Of a DNA stretch of 64,000 nt, positions 12,597 to 24,765 are shown one piece after another; the stretch's first letter is position 1, and each line of letters begins with the position of its first letter. A program made the translations under genes and the position numbers. Source of the DNA: Malacoraja senta. Its lineage: Eukaryota. The notes beneath the pieces were generated by a model, which had not been told where the DNA came from, searched no databases, and saw only the letters and a program-made list of their open reading frames with translations. Location of the stretch: contig CM075991.1 of NCBI GenBank assembly GCA_038087875.1, positions 5,208,001 through 5,272,000 of the forward strand. The letters run 5' to 3'.

Positions 12597-14863
12597 CACG
12601 TGCTCCCTCGCGATTTGTCTCGCATAAGCGATATACATTCAGTAGAGACCGTACTTTGAATTTTGATCTTTTCCCGGGCTAGCGATATGCGGTACGATAC
12701 TCTCGTGATGCTGTGTAACGGCAGCGAGCCACAGCTCCCAGTCAGCTATGCGTGTAAACAACTGAGTGTACTGTGTTGCCAGCGTTTTGTGGATACAGTG
12801 TACAGTATTGTGTTTTTTGTGTTTTTGCATCCCATCATGTCTACAAAACATCCATCTGTGTCTCCTCCTTGTGAGAAGAAGAAGAAGAAGAAGAAGAGGA
12901 AGGCAATTACTCTTGAGATGAAACTCCAGATAATTGGCCAGCGTGAAGGCAGCAAGCCAATAATGGCCATCGCACGTGAGTTAGGACTTTCGCAATCGAC
13001 CATCTCGACCATCTTAAAGGATAAGAAGCGAATCAGTGATGCAGTGAAATCGTCAGCATCGGTTAAATCCACGATCATCACAAAGAAAAGAGCTGGACCG
13101 ATTGAAGATATGGAGCGATTGCTTGCCATGTGGATGGAAGACCAGATACAGAAGCACATACCGCTTAGCCTATTGCCGATCCAGGCCAAGGCAAGAAGTC
13201 TTTTCAAAAGGCTAAAAGAGCGCGCTGATGATGCTACGTATACACAAGTGTTTACAGCAAGTCCAGGATGGTTCCAACGCTTCAAGAGGCGTCATAATTT
13301 TCATAACGTGAAGGTCAGGGGTGAGGCGGCAAGTGCCGATACTGACGGTGCCGAAGCTTTTAAGGAAGAGCTCCATAGGATAATTGTGGATGAGAAATAT
13401 TTGCCAGAACAAATATTCAATGTCGATGATCCGGGCTTGTTCTGGAAGCGTATGCTGGAGCGTACATATATTGATCAAGAGTCCAAGACAATGCCAGGAT
13501 TCAAGGCATGCAAAGACCGTGTAACGCTGCTTTTGGGTGGAAATGTTGCAGGGTTCAAATTAAAGCCTTTACTAATCCACCACTCGGAGAACCCTAGAGC
13601 ATTGAGGAATGTGAGCAAACATACACTTCCCGTTTATTATCGCCATAACAAGAAAGCCGGGGTGACATTCGCATTGTTTGAAGACTGGTTTCTAAACTGT
13701 TTTATTCAGCAGGCAAGAGAATATTGTAGGCAAAACAACATCCCATTCAAAATTCTTCTCATCTTCGATATTGCTCCAGGCAATCCGCAGCATATTGGAA
13801 ACATGCATCCCGATGTAAAGGTTGTGTGTTTGCCGCCGAACACAGCCGCACTCATTCAACCAATGGACCAAGGTGCAATAGCTGCGTTCAAAGCCTATTA
13901 TTTACGCCAAACGTTTGCGCAGGCTGTTGAAGCGACTGAATCTGGCCGAACACTCCAAGAGTTTTGGAAAGATTTTAACATTCTCAATGCTATCCAGAAC
14001 ATCGCTGCAGCATGGGAAGAAGTCACACAGCAATGCATGAATGGCGTTTGGAAGAAAGTAATGAAGACATATGTGAACACATTCAAAGGCTTTAACAAAG
14101 ATTCTGCTGTTGATAACATAGTAAGTAACAAGATATTAGTGCTTGGGAAACAGCTAGAATTGGACATTGATGAAGAAGATATTCATGAGCTTGTTGGCAC
14201 TGAGGCTGAAGACCATTCCAATCAGGAGCCTATCGAACTGGAGGAAGAAAGAAGTAAAGAGGCAGAGGAAGAAGTTATACCCGTGGCACCGAAAACTTTC
14301 ACAACAAAGAAACTGGCGGAGGCGTTTGCCACTATCAGCAGTGGCGTACGGATGTTGGAAGAAATGGACATCAATTACGAGAGATTTGCAAAAACTAACA
14401 GACAGCTACATGATGCTCTTGCCTGCTATAGGGAAATATATAATGAAAAGAAGAGACAAATTGTACAGTCAAAACTTGATATCTTCCTGAAGAACACTGC
14501 CTGCTAAACAATCAACATGTGTCGATGCCCCTCTGCCTTCTCCCACTATTCTCGAGACTTATCAGAAGAGAGAGAATGTTCGGTAGGTTAGGTGTATTAA
14601 ACATGTTTCTATCTTTTTTTCGTCTCGTTAAATACTGTACTGTATTATGTTTGCCCTTAAAACTCACCTGATAAATAATAAAGCATTTTCCTGGCATGAC
14701 TGGCAAGTCTATAAACAGACTTTAATGTCCCGTTCAGAGCATCCCAAAATGCATTAAAGAAGTGTAATCGGTATTTTAAGAAACTGCACATATTAAATGC
14801 GATGTTTTCGATTTACGATAGGTTTATTGGAACATAACCCCATCGTAAGTTGAGGAGCAGCTG
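12597..14863 (+). mobile_element. Tigger/pogo DNA transposon, near full length (Tigger5/MER47-like ends)
   Basis: Left end TA|CACGTGCTCCCTCG (degenerate TIR). Right end reverse complement CAGCTGCTCCTCAACTTACGATGGGGTTA, followed by AA rather than TA. Encloses a transposase ORF. Confidence 0.85.
12837..14507 (+). CDS. Tigger transposase (TIGD1-like): CENP-B HTH-psq + HTH + DDE_1, 556 aa, DD32D
   Basis: Likely ATG at 12837 (MSTKH). KRKAITLEMK..IARELGLSQSTISTI HTH; ASPGWFQRFKRR; catalytic Asp in FNVDD, LIFDIA and QPMDQG (32 aa between D2 and D3). No stops or frameshifts. Confidence 0.9.
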   Translation: MSTKHPSVSPPCEKKKKKKKRKAITLEMKLQIIGQREGSKPIMAIARELGLSQSTISTILKDKKRISDAVKSSASVKSTIITKKRAGPIEDMERLLAMWMEDQIQKHIPLSLLPIQAKARSLFKRLKERADDATYTQVFTASPGWFQRFKRRHNFHNVKVRGEAASADTDGAEAFKEELHRIIVDEKYLPEQIFNVDDPGLFWKRMLERTYIDQESKTMPGFKACKDRVTLLLGGNVAGFKLKPLLIHHSENPRALRNVSKHTLPVYYRHNKKAGVTFALFEDWFLNCFIQQAREYCRQNNIPFKILLIFDIAPGNPQHIGNMHPDVKVVCLPPNTAALIQPMDQGAIAAFKAYYLRQTFAQAVEATESGRTLQEFWKDFNILNAIQNIAAAWEEVTQQCMNGVWKKVMKTYVNTFKGFNKDSAVDNIVSNKILVLGKQLELDIDEEDIHELVGTEAEDHSNQEPIELEEERSKEAEEEVIPVAPKTFTTKKLAEAFATISSGVRMLEEMDINYERFAKTNRQLHDALACYREIYNEKKRQIVQSKLDIFLKNTAC

Positions 14864-15214
14864 AAGAAGGGACTAAGCTTTCAAGCCTTTTTATTAAGAT
14901 GGCAAATCAGTGATCTAATGCCATACACCTGACTTTTCCCCCATACTTCTTACCATATTTGTTATGAGAACTTTATTCATCTGAAGATTTAAAATCGTGA
15001 ATTGATCCAGTATCATCTATATTTGGAGAGAATATCAAGCTTTCACCATCCTTGCTGTTAAATGTTAGCTGGTTTCACTCTTGCAAGGCTTGCAGCACTA
15101 ATTAAAATCTATTTTCCCTGGTCCTAGACTCACAAGGCTGCAGCAAGCTTTTAATCTTAAAGCTGCAGTAATCAACCTTTGCCACAACGCATGCATGATT
15201 GTTTAATTTCGAGT

Positions 15215-15905
15215 TCAAGTTCACACTTATTGTCACATGCACCAATTAAGGTACAGTGTTTGAGTTACAATGCAGCCATGCAAATAAACGAACATAATAC
15301 ACAATAGAACTTAACATAAACATCCACCACAGTGATCACTGTGATGGAAGGCAATAAAGTTCAGTCAGTCTTCCTCCTTTTGTTCACCCGTGTTTGGGGC
15401 CTTGTCCCTTGTAGTCGCCGCTACGGATGGCCCAATGTACAGGCCCTCTCGTCGGGATGATCGAAGCTCCGACGTCGGGACGGATGGAACACACTCCGTG
15501 GCTTGGAGTGCCCGAACCGGCCATTTTCTTACCGGAGACCGCGGCTTCTCGATGTTATAGGCCGCAGGCTGGGCAGTTTTGGAGCTCTCCTCCGGCGATC
15601 CCCGGCAAGGGATCCCTAGATGGTAAGTCGACGCCACGCCCACGGCTAGAAGCTCCGCAGACTGTGGCCTCACGATGTTAAAGTCAGCAGGTCGGAGCCT
15701 TTCTTCCAGCTCCCCGATGGAAGTCCCCGCAGCTGAAGCTCTGGGCCGTCTCTGGGAAAAGCCGCACTAATCCAAGTTGTTCGGCCGCGAGGGAGGTTAA
15801 AATGCGACTAGGAGAAAAGTCGCATCTCCGTCAAGGTAAGTGACTGGAAACCGGTTTCCCCCCAATATCCCCCACCCCACCACTACCCACATAAAAACAT
15901 ACCGA
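15215..15905 (-). mobile_element. Non-autonomous GC-rich LINE derivative
   Basis: GACAATAAG..GAACTTGAAC tail on the minus strand; blocks shared with 1122-1710 and 25760-26685. Confidence 0.55.
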
Positions 15906-16430
15906 GAAACAGGACCAAGTAATTCTCACAACACTGAAGGAGATTTTTGCGTCATTGGCACGTGTATCTCCAGTGAATTGTCCACATTTTTCAGACCTTT
16001 CTCAGTCAACCAATACAATTTCTTGAATTCTACTCATCGAGTCATAAAGTCATTCCTTATGGACACAGCCCCTTCGGCCCAACTTGCCCACGCCAACCAA
16101 CTATGCGCTATGTGCACTGATCCCACCTGGCCCATATCACTCTAAACCTTTCCTAACCTTTCCTACTATGGCCACTGCTGATAGACCTATCCATCCTGGT
16201 CTGAAATGCTCTTGGAGATGAGCCTGCACAGGTAGAGAGTGCTCTTAGTAGAGTATTCGAAAGATTCACTACTCTTTGGGTGCAGAGATTTCCCATCTCA
16301 GTCCTAAATGGTCAACTGCTTACCTTGGGAACATAGTCCCTGATTCTGGATATATCATCTTGTTTTTTATTTTTATTTTGTATCTTTAAATAACCTCTTG
16401 TTCTTCTAAGCTAAGGAGAATGTCAACCAT

Positions 16431-16720
16431 TTAGTTTAGTCCAGAGATACAGTGCGGAAATGGGCCCTTTGACCCACCGAGTCCGTGACGACCAGAGATC
16501 CCCGCACAGTAATAATATCCAACACACTAGGGACAATTTGCAATTACAATTTACAATGAATCTATTTACCTGTACGTCTTTGGAGTGTGGGAGGAAACCA
16601 GAGAAAACCCACGCAGGTCATGGGGAGAACGTACAAACTTTGTACAGAGAACACCAGTAGTCTGGACCAAACCTGGGTCTCTGGCACTGCAAGGCAGCAA
16701 CTCTACCGCTGTCCCACCCA
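16431..16720 (-). mobile_element. HE1-like V-SINE
   Basis: (TTTAG)n tail, V-domain, tRNA head. Confidence 0.75.
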
Positions 16721-17114
16721 GTAATTTGCTTAATTTCTTTTCAGCACAAAACTATGAATTGATCTGCAGCTAAATCTTCATTGTAATCTTCCAATTTATA
16801 GAAAAAAATGTGCCATTGATAGAAAAAATTGTACATTGCATCTATTGGTTTGTAACATCACTCGGTCCCTGATGGATTGAGAAGATGAAAGGTAATTGGA
16901 TTGTGGATGACCCACTACTGCATCTTCTCCGTGCAGCTGCTGGTTGAACTCTTATTCCTTTAGACTGGAGATACGGAGCAGAAACAGGCCCTTCGGCCCA
17001 CTGAGTCTACGCCGACCAACGATCACCCAGTACACCATCACCGTCCTTCACACTAGGGATAATTTACAATCTTTTGGACAAACAGCGTGGAAACAGGCCC
17101 TTCGGCCCACCAAG

Positions 17115-17657
17115 TCATAAGGTCATAGGTGATAGGAGCAGAATTAGGCCATTCGGCCCATCAAGTCTACAGCCATTCAATCTTGGCTGATCTATCTCTC
17201 CCTCATAATCCCATTCTCCTACCTTCTCCCCATAACCCCTGACAATCACACTAATCAATAATTTGTCAAACTTCACCTTAAAAATATCCATTGATTTGGC
17301 CTCCACAGCCTTCTATGGCAAAGAATTTCACAGATTCACCATCCTCTGACTAAAGAAACTCCTCCTAATCTCCTTCCAAAAGGAATGACCTTTAATTCTG
17401 AGGCTCTTGACTCTTCCATTAGTGTAAACAACCTCTCCACATCCACTCTATCCAAGTCTTTCACTATTCGGTAAGTTTCGATGAAGTTTTCCCCCTCATC
17501 CTTCTAAATTGTAGCGAGTGCAGGCCCAGTGCCGGCAAACGCTCATTATATGTTAACCCACTCATTCCTGGGATAATTCTTGTAAACCTCCTCTGGTCCC
17601 TCACCAGACCCGGCACATCCTTCCTCAGATATGTGGACCAAATTTGTTCACAATACT
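17115..17657 (-). mobile_element. CR1/HER1 LINE 3' fragment
   Basis: Degenerate RT C-terminus (..VNLW..AVEAKSMDIFK..GYGEK) and CR1 3'UTR. Confidence 0.75.
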
Positions 17658-17770
17658 ACGCGTCTGCGCTGAGCAGCGATCACTCAAAATACCCAATGAA
17701 TTGGCCTCTACCGTTCTCTGTTGCAATAATCAGGCAAGACCTTACTTAAATGTACAAAACTGCTCAACAG

Positions 17771-18160
17771 CAAAGATCCTATAGCGGAGCAAGATAGACC
17801 ACTTCTGCTAAATGCAATGGGCTGACGTGTAGAACAGAACGGAACGTGGGCCTTTTTATCATCCATTTCCGTAACCGGACCCGACCCGACTCGCAGTGTA
17901 ATCAACGTTGCGGGGGAACAGTTTGTGTTCATAAATTAAAATTCTGAAAATGAGGAGAAGATTTTTACCAAATAACTTTTATTTTTACGAGGATGTTTCC
18001 GTAACTGGCTTCTGTCTCCGCACTATTATCCTATGGGATCTTTGGTGCGGAGACGGAAGCCGGTTACGGAAATGGGGCCTTAAATTACCCATGAATCTGC
18101 CCATGACCGTACTACATCTTTTTCGTCGAGTGGACTATCTTGCTCGCTATAGGATCTTTG
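17771..18160. mobile_element. Non-autonomous DNA transposon (MITE), ~33-bp TIRs, possible 8-bp TSD (P/hAT-like)
   Basis: CAAAGATCCTATAGCGGAGCAAGATAGACCACT ... AGTGGACTATCTTGCTCGCTATAGGATCTTTG; flanks CTCAACAG / GTTAACAG (6/8 match). Confidence 0.75.
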
Positions 18161-21100
18161 GTTAACAGTGGGTGTGAGCACTCATCCCGATTTACTTGAT
18201 ACATGGCAGGTCACCTTCGAGGAGAGATGATGGAAGCTCAAATAAGATGGGGAATAATTTGATGCCAATATACATTTACACTCTTTCCACCCATCCCCCA
18301 TCCTAGTTATTTGACCAGTTTGACTGTCCTGATTAAATTTCATCTTTGTAAGCCTCGTTGTCAGCTTCCCTTAGCTAACAATGATCGATACTACATCTTC
18401 TTTTGATCTCTCGTTTTCACACCTTACATTTCCATATCTCTTTGTCTCCCTCTCCCATCATTCACGCTGAAGAAGGGTCTCGACCAGAAATGTCACCCAT
18501 TCCTTCTATCCAGATATGCTGCCTGAGTGATCCAGCCTTTTGTGTCTACACTTATGAACCATTCCACTAGATGTCAGTGTTCAAGAAGGAACTGCAGATG
18601 CTGGAAAGTCGAAGGTAGACAAAATTGCTGGAGAAACTCAGCGGGTACGGCAGCATCTATGGAGCGAAGGATTTCTTCGCTCCATAGATGTCAGCATGAC
18701 ACAACTACATTGAGACTGAAGGGATTGACAAAACAGCTTTAAAACTCTGCAATCTAGCACCGTCTATTAACCAGCCTGTATGGGAGAGAGAGAGAGAGAG
18801 AGAGACCTGCAGAAACAAGGGAACTTACATCAACAGCGGCAGATTCTTGATTAACCAGCAGCCCTGTCAGTTCCAACATTCTTCCAGATAATAGACCACA
18901 GAAGTTGGACTGGGCCCAATAATTTAAGTCTCGCTGCTTCCATAACTAAGAATCATGCAATAAGCTTCTGCAATACAACTTAGGTCAATAATGCAGTGGT
19001 ATGAATATTGATTTCTCTAAATTCAAGTAACTCATGCACTCCCTCTCCATGCCTCCCCCACCTAAGTCGCAACAGGTTTCCCGTTCTCACCTAGCAAACA
19101 GCTAACAATGGCCTGTTTCCTTTATCATCATTACTTTTTTGCATATCTTTCATTCATTTATTCTATGTCTCTCCACATCACTGTCTATATCTCCCGATTC
19201 CCTTTCCCGTGACTGATCTGAAGAAGGGTCTCAATCTGAAACATCACCCATTCCTTCTCTCCATAGATGCTGCCTGTCCCGCTGAGTTACTCCAGCATTT
19301 TGTGTCTAATGCAGAGATAGTTTCAGATATGGCTGAGAAAGTTTTATGCAGCAAAAAGTACATTTTTTCCACATTTAGTGTAGTTTAAAGACACAAAGTA
19401 CTGGAGCAGATTAGTTTAGAAATATAGCATGGGAACAGGCTGTTCGACCCACTGAGTCCATGCTGACCATCGATCACTTGTTTACACTAGTTCAATATTA
19501 TCCCGCTTTCTCTTCCACTCCCTACACATCAGAGGCAATTTGCTGATCAGCTACCAGTGATCCCTGTATATTAACACTACCCTACACACACTTGGGACTA
19601 TTTTACATTTAAAGAAAGCCAATTAACCTACAAGCCTGTACGTCTCTGGAGTGCATTAGGAAACCAAAGATCTCGGAGAAAAACCCACACAGTCACAGGG
19701 AGAACGTACAAACTCCATACCGACAGCACCTGTAGTCGGGATCGAACCCGGATCTCTGGCGCTGAAAGCGCTGTAAGGTAGCAACTCTACCACTGTGCGC
19801 TGCCGTACTGGACCGCACCATAATTAACCTACAAAACTGCACGTTTTTGGTGATATGGGAGGAAACCGGAGCATCTGAAGGAAATCCACGGCGTCAGAGG
19901 GAGAATGTTCAAACTCCACGCAAACAGCAGCCAAAGTCAGGATCGAATCCGGGTCTCTGGTGCGGTGAAGCAGCAGCTCTACCAGCTGCGCCACTGTGCT
20001 GCCGTTACTTACCGTGTGTTGGGTACAATGTCAGAGTGTCTCTTTGAAAGTTTGGGACAATCCTGTCCAGAGTTCATAGGTGATAAGAGAGGAAATAGGC
20101 CATTCGGCCCATCAAGTCTACTCGGCCATTCAATCATGACTGATTTATCTTTCCCTCCTAACCCCATTCTCCTGCCCTTCACCCGTGACCAGAGTGTAAT
20201 TTATGATTCCTTTGGTGCCATTCTGACTCTGGAAGATTGAAGACAAGTTCCACTCCAGAGACTGAATCTCAAACATCTTGGCTGATCATGAATGTGGTAC
20301 TCAAGGAATCCCACATAGCGTGAGGATAAGTACTGAGGGATTGTTAAACTCCGTGCAAAGCCATTTTATGTTGAGATGCCAAATAGCATCTTCTATCCTC
20401 AGACGCATAGAAGAGTTTGCCAGAGTATCATGCTCAATATTTTTTCTTTAATCATTACAACCAATAAATGTAACACAGATTGGCTTCCTACAACAATGCC
20501 TACACTTTAGAAATATATCATACACTGTAAAATGCTGCATGATGTCTTGAGGCACAATATAAGTCATCATAATTTCTTGCAAAGTTGGAACAGTGCAATC
20601 TTGTATGTAGTTTTGAGTTGGAGTGGAGCTGCTTTCGAATCCGTGTGTTATAATTGAATTATGTGAGTAGTACTCACGTGACTCCGAAGTAAAATTGAAT
20701 TATGTGAGTAGCATTTATTACAACTGCAATGCAAATGTAGAGTCATAGAGTCATACAGTGTGGAAACAGGCCCTTCGGCCCAATGCCCATACCGACCAAC
20801 ATTTCCCATCTACACCAGTCCTATCTGCCTGCGTTTCGCCCATATCCCTCTAAACATGTCCTATCCATGTACCTGTCCAAATGTTTCAAGAAGGTTGAAA
20901 TACTACCTGTAGATCAAACAGTATTATGACTCTGTATCATAAGTACTTTGCACACTACCTGCCTCAACTATCTCCTCCGGCAACTCGTTCCATACACCCA
21001 CCACCAGGTGTGTGGAAAAAGTTACCCCTCAAGTTCCTATGAAATCTTTCCTCCCACACCTTAAATCGATGTCCTCTGGTTCTTGATTCCCATGCTTTGG

Positions 21101-22025
21101 GCAAGAGACTCGGTGCGATCTATTCCTCTCATGGTTTCATACACCTCTATAAGATCAAGATGTAAACTCTATTTTAAGAACAAATCTGTGAGGAACGATG
21201 TGATGTTCTAGCAAAGAGAATTCCTGCTGATGTATTTTGTAAAACTGCAAGGATGGTTCCTCTTGAAAAACTTTTTCGAATTTGACTTGTTATTTGATTA
21301 TTTTCTATTTTTGGGGATGCAGTATGTCAATGCTTGTATTGGTCTGACAATGGATGTTATGATCCTGTATAGTTAGTAGTGAAGTTCATAAGTTCTAGGA
21401 GCAGATTTAGGCCATTCGGCCCATCAAGTCCATTCCGCCATTCAACCATGGCTGATCTCGCTCTCCCACGTAACACCAGGAAATATTGTTAAATTTTAAA
21501 CAGTCAATTCTTGCATTATATTCTTACATTTTGGTCAGATCTTTGGTCTTGTAGATTTTAATGTTTGCAATATGAAATTAAGAGTTGAGAATGCTTTGAG
21601 GAGTTCCTGCAAGTAGTATTTTGTTGATATTCAGTGGATCTATTTTTAGTGTAAAATTTGCTTAATGTTTTAACAAACCAGGCAGAAATATCTAGATATT
21701 TCCATAATCCCCACTATAGTCAATAGTTTCTTCACTTGACATTTCAGCTCCATCCAAGACCGCAAGAAATTGCAGAGAATTGTGGATGCAGCCCAGACCA
21801 TCACACAAACCAACCTCCCTTCCATTGACTCCATTTATACCTCACGCTGCCTCGGCAAGGCCAACAGCATAATCAAGGACAATTCTCACCCCAGCCTCTC
21901 CCTCTTCTCCCCTCTCCCATAGGGCGAAAGGTAGAGGAGTGTGAAAACAGCACCTCCAGAGGGACAGTTTCTTCCCAGCTGTCATCAGGCAACTGAACCA
22001 TCCTGCCAACAACTAGACAACAGTT

Positions 22026-22775
22026 TGTTTAAGAAGGAACAGCAGATGCTGGAAAATCGATGGTAGACTAAAATCCTGGAGAAACTCAGCGGGTGAGGCA
22101 GCATCTATGGAGCGAAGGAAATAGGCAACGTTTCGGGCCGAAACCCTTCTTCAGACTGATGTGAGGGTGGCGAGGGTGGGCGGGAAGAAAAAAGGAAGAG
22201 GAGGAGCCAGTGGGCTGAGGGAGAGCTGGGAAGGGAAGAGACAGTAAGGACTACCTGAAATTGGAGAAGTCAATGTTCATACCGCGGGGGTGCAAACTGC
22301 CCAAGCAAAATATGAGGTACTGCTCCTCCAATTTACGGTGGTCCTCACTCTGGCCATGGAGGAGGCCGAGGACAAAAAGGTCGGATTCGGAATGGGAGGG
22401 GGAGTTGAAGTGATGAGCCACCGGGAGATCAGGTTGGTTAATGCGGACCGAGCGGGGGTGTTCGGCGAAGCGATCGCCAAGCCTACGCTTGGTCTCACCG
22501 ATGTAGAGCAGCTGACACCTAGAGCAGCGGATGCAATAGATGAGGTTGGAGGAGGTGCAGGTGAACCTCTGCCGCACCTGGAAAGACTGCTTGGGTCCTT
22601 GAATGGAGTCAAGGGGGGAGGTAAAGCGACAAGTGTAGCATTTCCTGCGGTTGCAAGGGAAAGTGCCAGGAGAGGGGGTGGTTCGGGTGGGAAGGGACGA
22701 ATAGACCAGGGAGTTGCGGAAAGCAGACGGGAGGACATGGGAAGATGTGGCCGGTGGTGGGGTCACGTTGGATAG
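22026..22775 (-). mobile_element. Penelope-like (Neptune-type) element 3' fragment with nearly intact GIY-YIG endonuclease
   Basis: CNRRKCYTC..NLIYCIRCSRCQLLYIGETKRRLGDRFAEH..HFN..GMNIDFSNFR*; 3'UTR with intact hammerhead core. Confidence 0.9.
22127..22154 (-). ncRNA. Minimal type I hammerhead ribozyme motif (Penelope pLTR type)
   Basis: CUGAAGA-A-[GGGU UUCG GCCC]-GAAA-CG-UU, about 100 nt after the GIY-YIG stop. Helix I is weak. Confidence 0.65.
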
Positions 22776-24577
22776 TAGCTCAGGAGTCCTGAGCTACTAT
22801 CTACCTCTGCGGAGACCCTCAGACTATCTTTGATCGAACGTTACTGGACTTTATCTTGCACTAAACTTTATGCACATTATTCCCCGTATATGTGGTAGCT
22901 CAATTGTATTGTCTTGTCATGTATTGTCTTTCCGCTGACTGGTCAGCACGCTACAAAAGCTTTTCAATGTCCCTTGGTGCACGTGACAATAAACTAAACT
23001 CGAATTCAATATCTAACAATTACCTTCTTTAAACTAAATAATGACATTAGTATTCCAACTAATCTTTGATACATCGCACACACTTTAACTGAGATTTTTA
23101 ACTGCCAGGTTTAGTAAAGGCAGAACCACTTTAAGGATATTAATAGCAGCCATTGGATCACATCAACAATAGATTGGAGTATATCAAATAATTTACTCCT
23201 CTTGTTACTGCTTGAGGTTTCCTAATTTCACAGTGGCAGATGACTCATGTGTGATTAAGTCAAATTGTGCATTTATTGTGCACGGACTCTTAAATCTTTT
23301 CAAAGATGCAGATCTGAATGCCATGCATTTGAAATGAGACGTTTTCCACCTGACAGCAGCCCTCATCCATTCCATCAACTTCAACATAAGGGCTTTGTTC
23401 TCATCCCAAATGAGTTAACATGCCACTCACTTTGCCAATTAGGAGCTGGTGCAGGTTTCGCATAATGCTTTATTTTATTGGCGAGGTCACAGTTCAAGCT
23501 GGTCCATGAACTATCACTACGGGGTCGGATCACCGGTTACTTCTGTTACCCTGGTGATTTCCAACTCATAAGCTAGGGGAGACGCAAAATGCTGGAGTAA
23601 CTCAGCGGGTCAGGCAGCATCTCTGGAGAAAAGGAATAGGTGACGTTTCGGGCTGAGACCCTTCTTCAGACTGAGTGTCAGGGGAGAGGAAGGAGAGGTA
23701 TAAAATGGTTCTGAACAAATCGGAGCAGGCACCGATGGCCACATTGTTGGCTGTGGAAGAGGTGCTAACCAAGGGATACAAACAGTGAAACTAGTAGGAT
23801 GACTAGGGTGGAGGAGGGACGGAGAGAGAGGGATTGCAAGAGTTACTTGAAATTAGAGAAATCAATATTCTTACCGCTGCCCAAGTAAAATATGAGGTTG
23901 TTCCTCCAATTTGCATGTGGTCTCACTCTGACAGTGAAGGAGGACAGTTGGAATGCTTGGCAACCGGGAGATCCTGTAGAAAAGCTAGAGTACTGACTGA
24001 TTCAACTCTACGACATTGTGGACATTGGACTTTGTCTATGGAACTGATGCCCTACAATGCTGAACTGTATCCTGCACTCTGTATTCTCCTCATTGCTCTA
24101 TCTATGGTACTTGGATTTAACTTGCATATCAAAGCTTCTCACTGCACCTCAGTGCACGTGACAATAATACATCTAAACCTAAACCTAATTCTCATGGTGC
24201 TTGAGGAACCCAGCGGGTCAGGCAGCATCTCTGGAGAAAAAGGATGGGTTGAGACCCTTCAGGACCGACCTAAAATGTCACCCATCATTTTTCTCTAGAA
24301 ATGCTGCCTGACCTGCTGGGTTACTCTAGCACTTTGTGTCTATCTTTGGTATAAACCAGCATCTGCAATTCTTTCTAATTCTCATGGGATTTGAACTTGT
24401 AGCCTACCACAGTGACTTTACAATCAAGTATCTTTCTCTAATATTGAGGGCTTTCCTCTAATGTTCTGCTTTCTGGGGAAAAATATAGCAATCAATAGTT
24501 TAGTTTAGTTTATTGTCATGTCGACCAACGTACTGTGAAAAGCTTTTGTTGCGTGCTAACCAGTCAGTGCAAAGACA

Positions 24578-24765
24578 AGGTAGACAAAAATGCTGGAGAA
24601 ACTCAGCGGGTGAGGCAGCATCTATGGAGCGAAGGAAATAGGCAACGTTTTGGGCCGAAACGTTGCCTATTTCCTTCGCTCCATAGATGTTGCCTCACCC
24701 GTTGAGTTTCTCCAGCATTTTTGTCTACCTTCGATTTTCCAGCATCTGCAGTTCCTTCATAAACA
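24578..24765. mobile_element. Fold-back Penelope-terminus element, 188 bp
   Basis: Near-perfect ~153-bp palindrome plus 35-bp tail; TSD AGTG(C/G)AAAGACA at 24566 and 24766. Confidence 0.85.

Larger units (their letters stand above)
21750..23000 (+). mobile_element. Rex1/Babar-type LINE 3' fragment split by a Penelope insertion
   Basis: QDRKKLQRIVDAAQTITQTNLPSIDSIYTSRCLGKANSIIKD; 3'UTR ends GTGACAATAAACTAAAC. Confidence 0.7.

Noticed and set aside
12663..12836. N-terminal 58 aa of the 614-aa ORF
   Set aside because: Starts at TTG in transposon 5'UTR sequence; transposase homology begins after the ATG at 12837.
12536..14871. CTGAAGAAGGG on both sides of the Tigger as an 11-bp TSD
   Set aside because: Tigger makes TA duplications, the left match is 50 bp outside the element, and the motif is the ubiquitous hammerhead/Penelope repeat.
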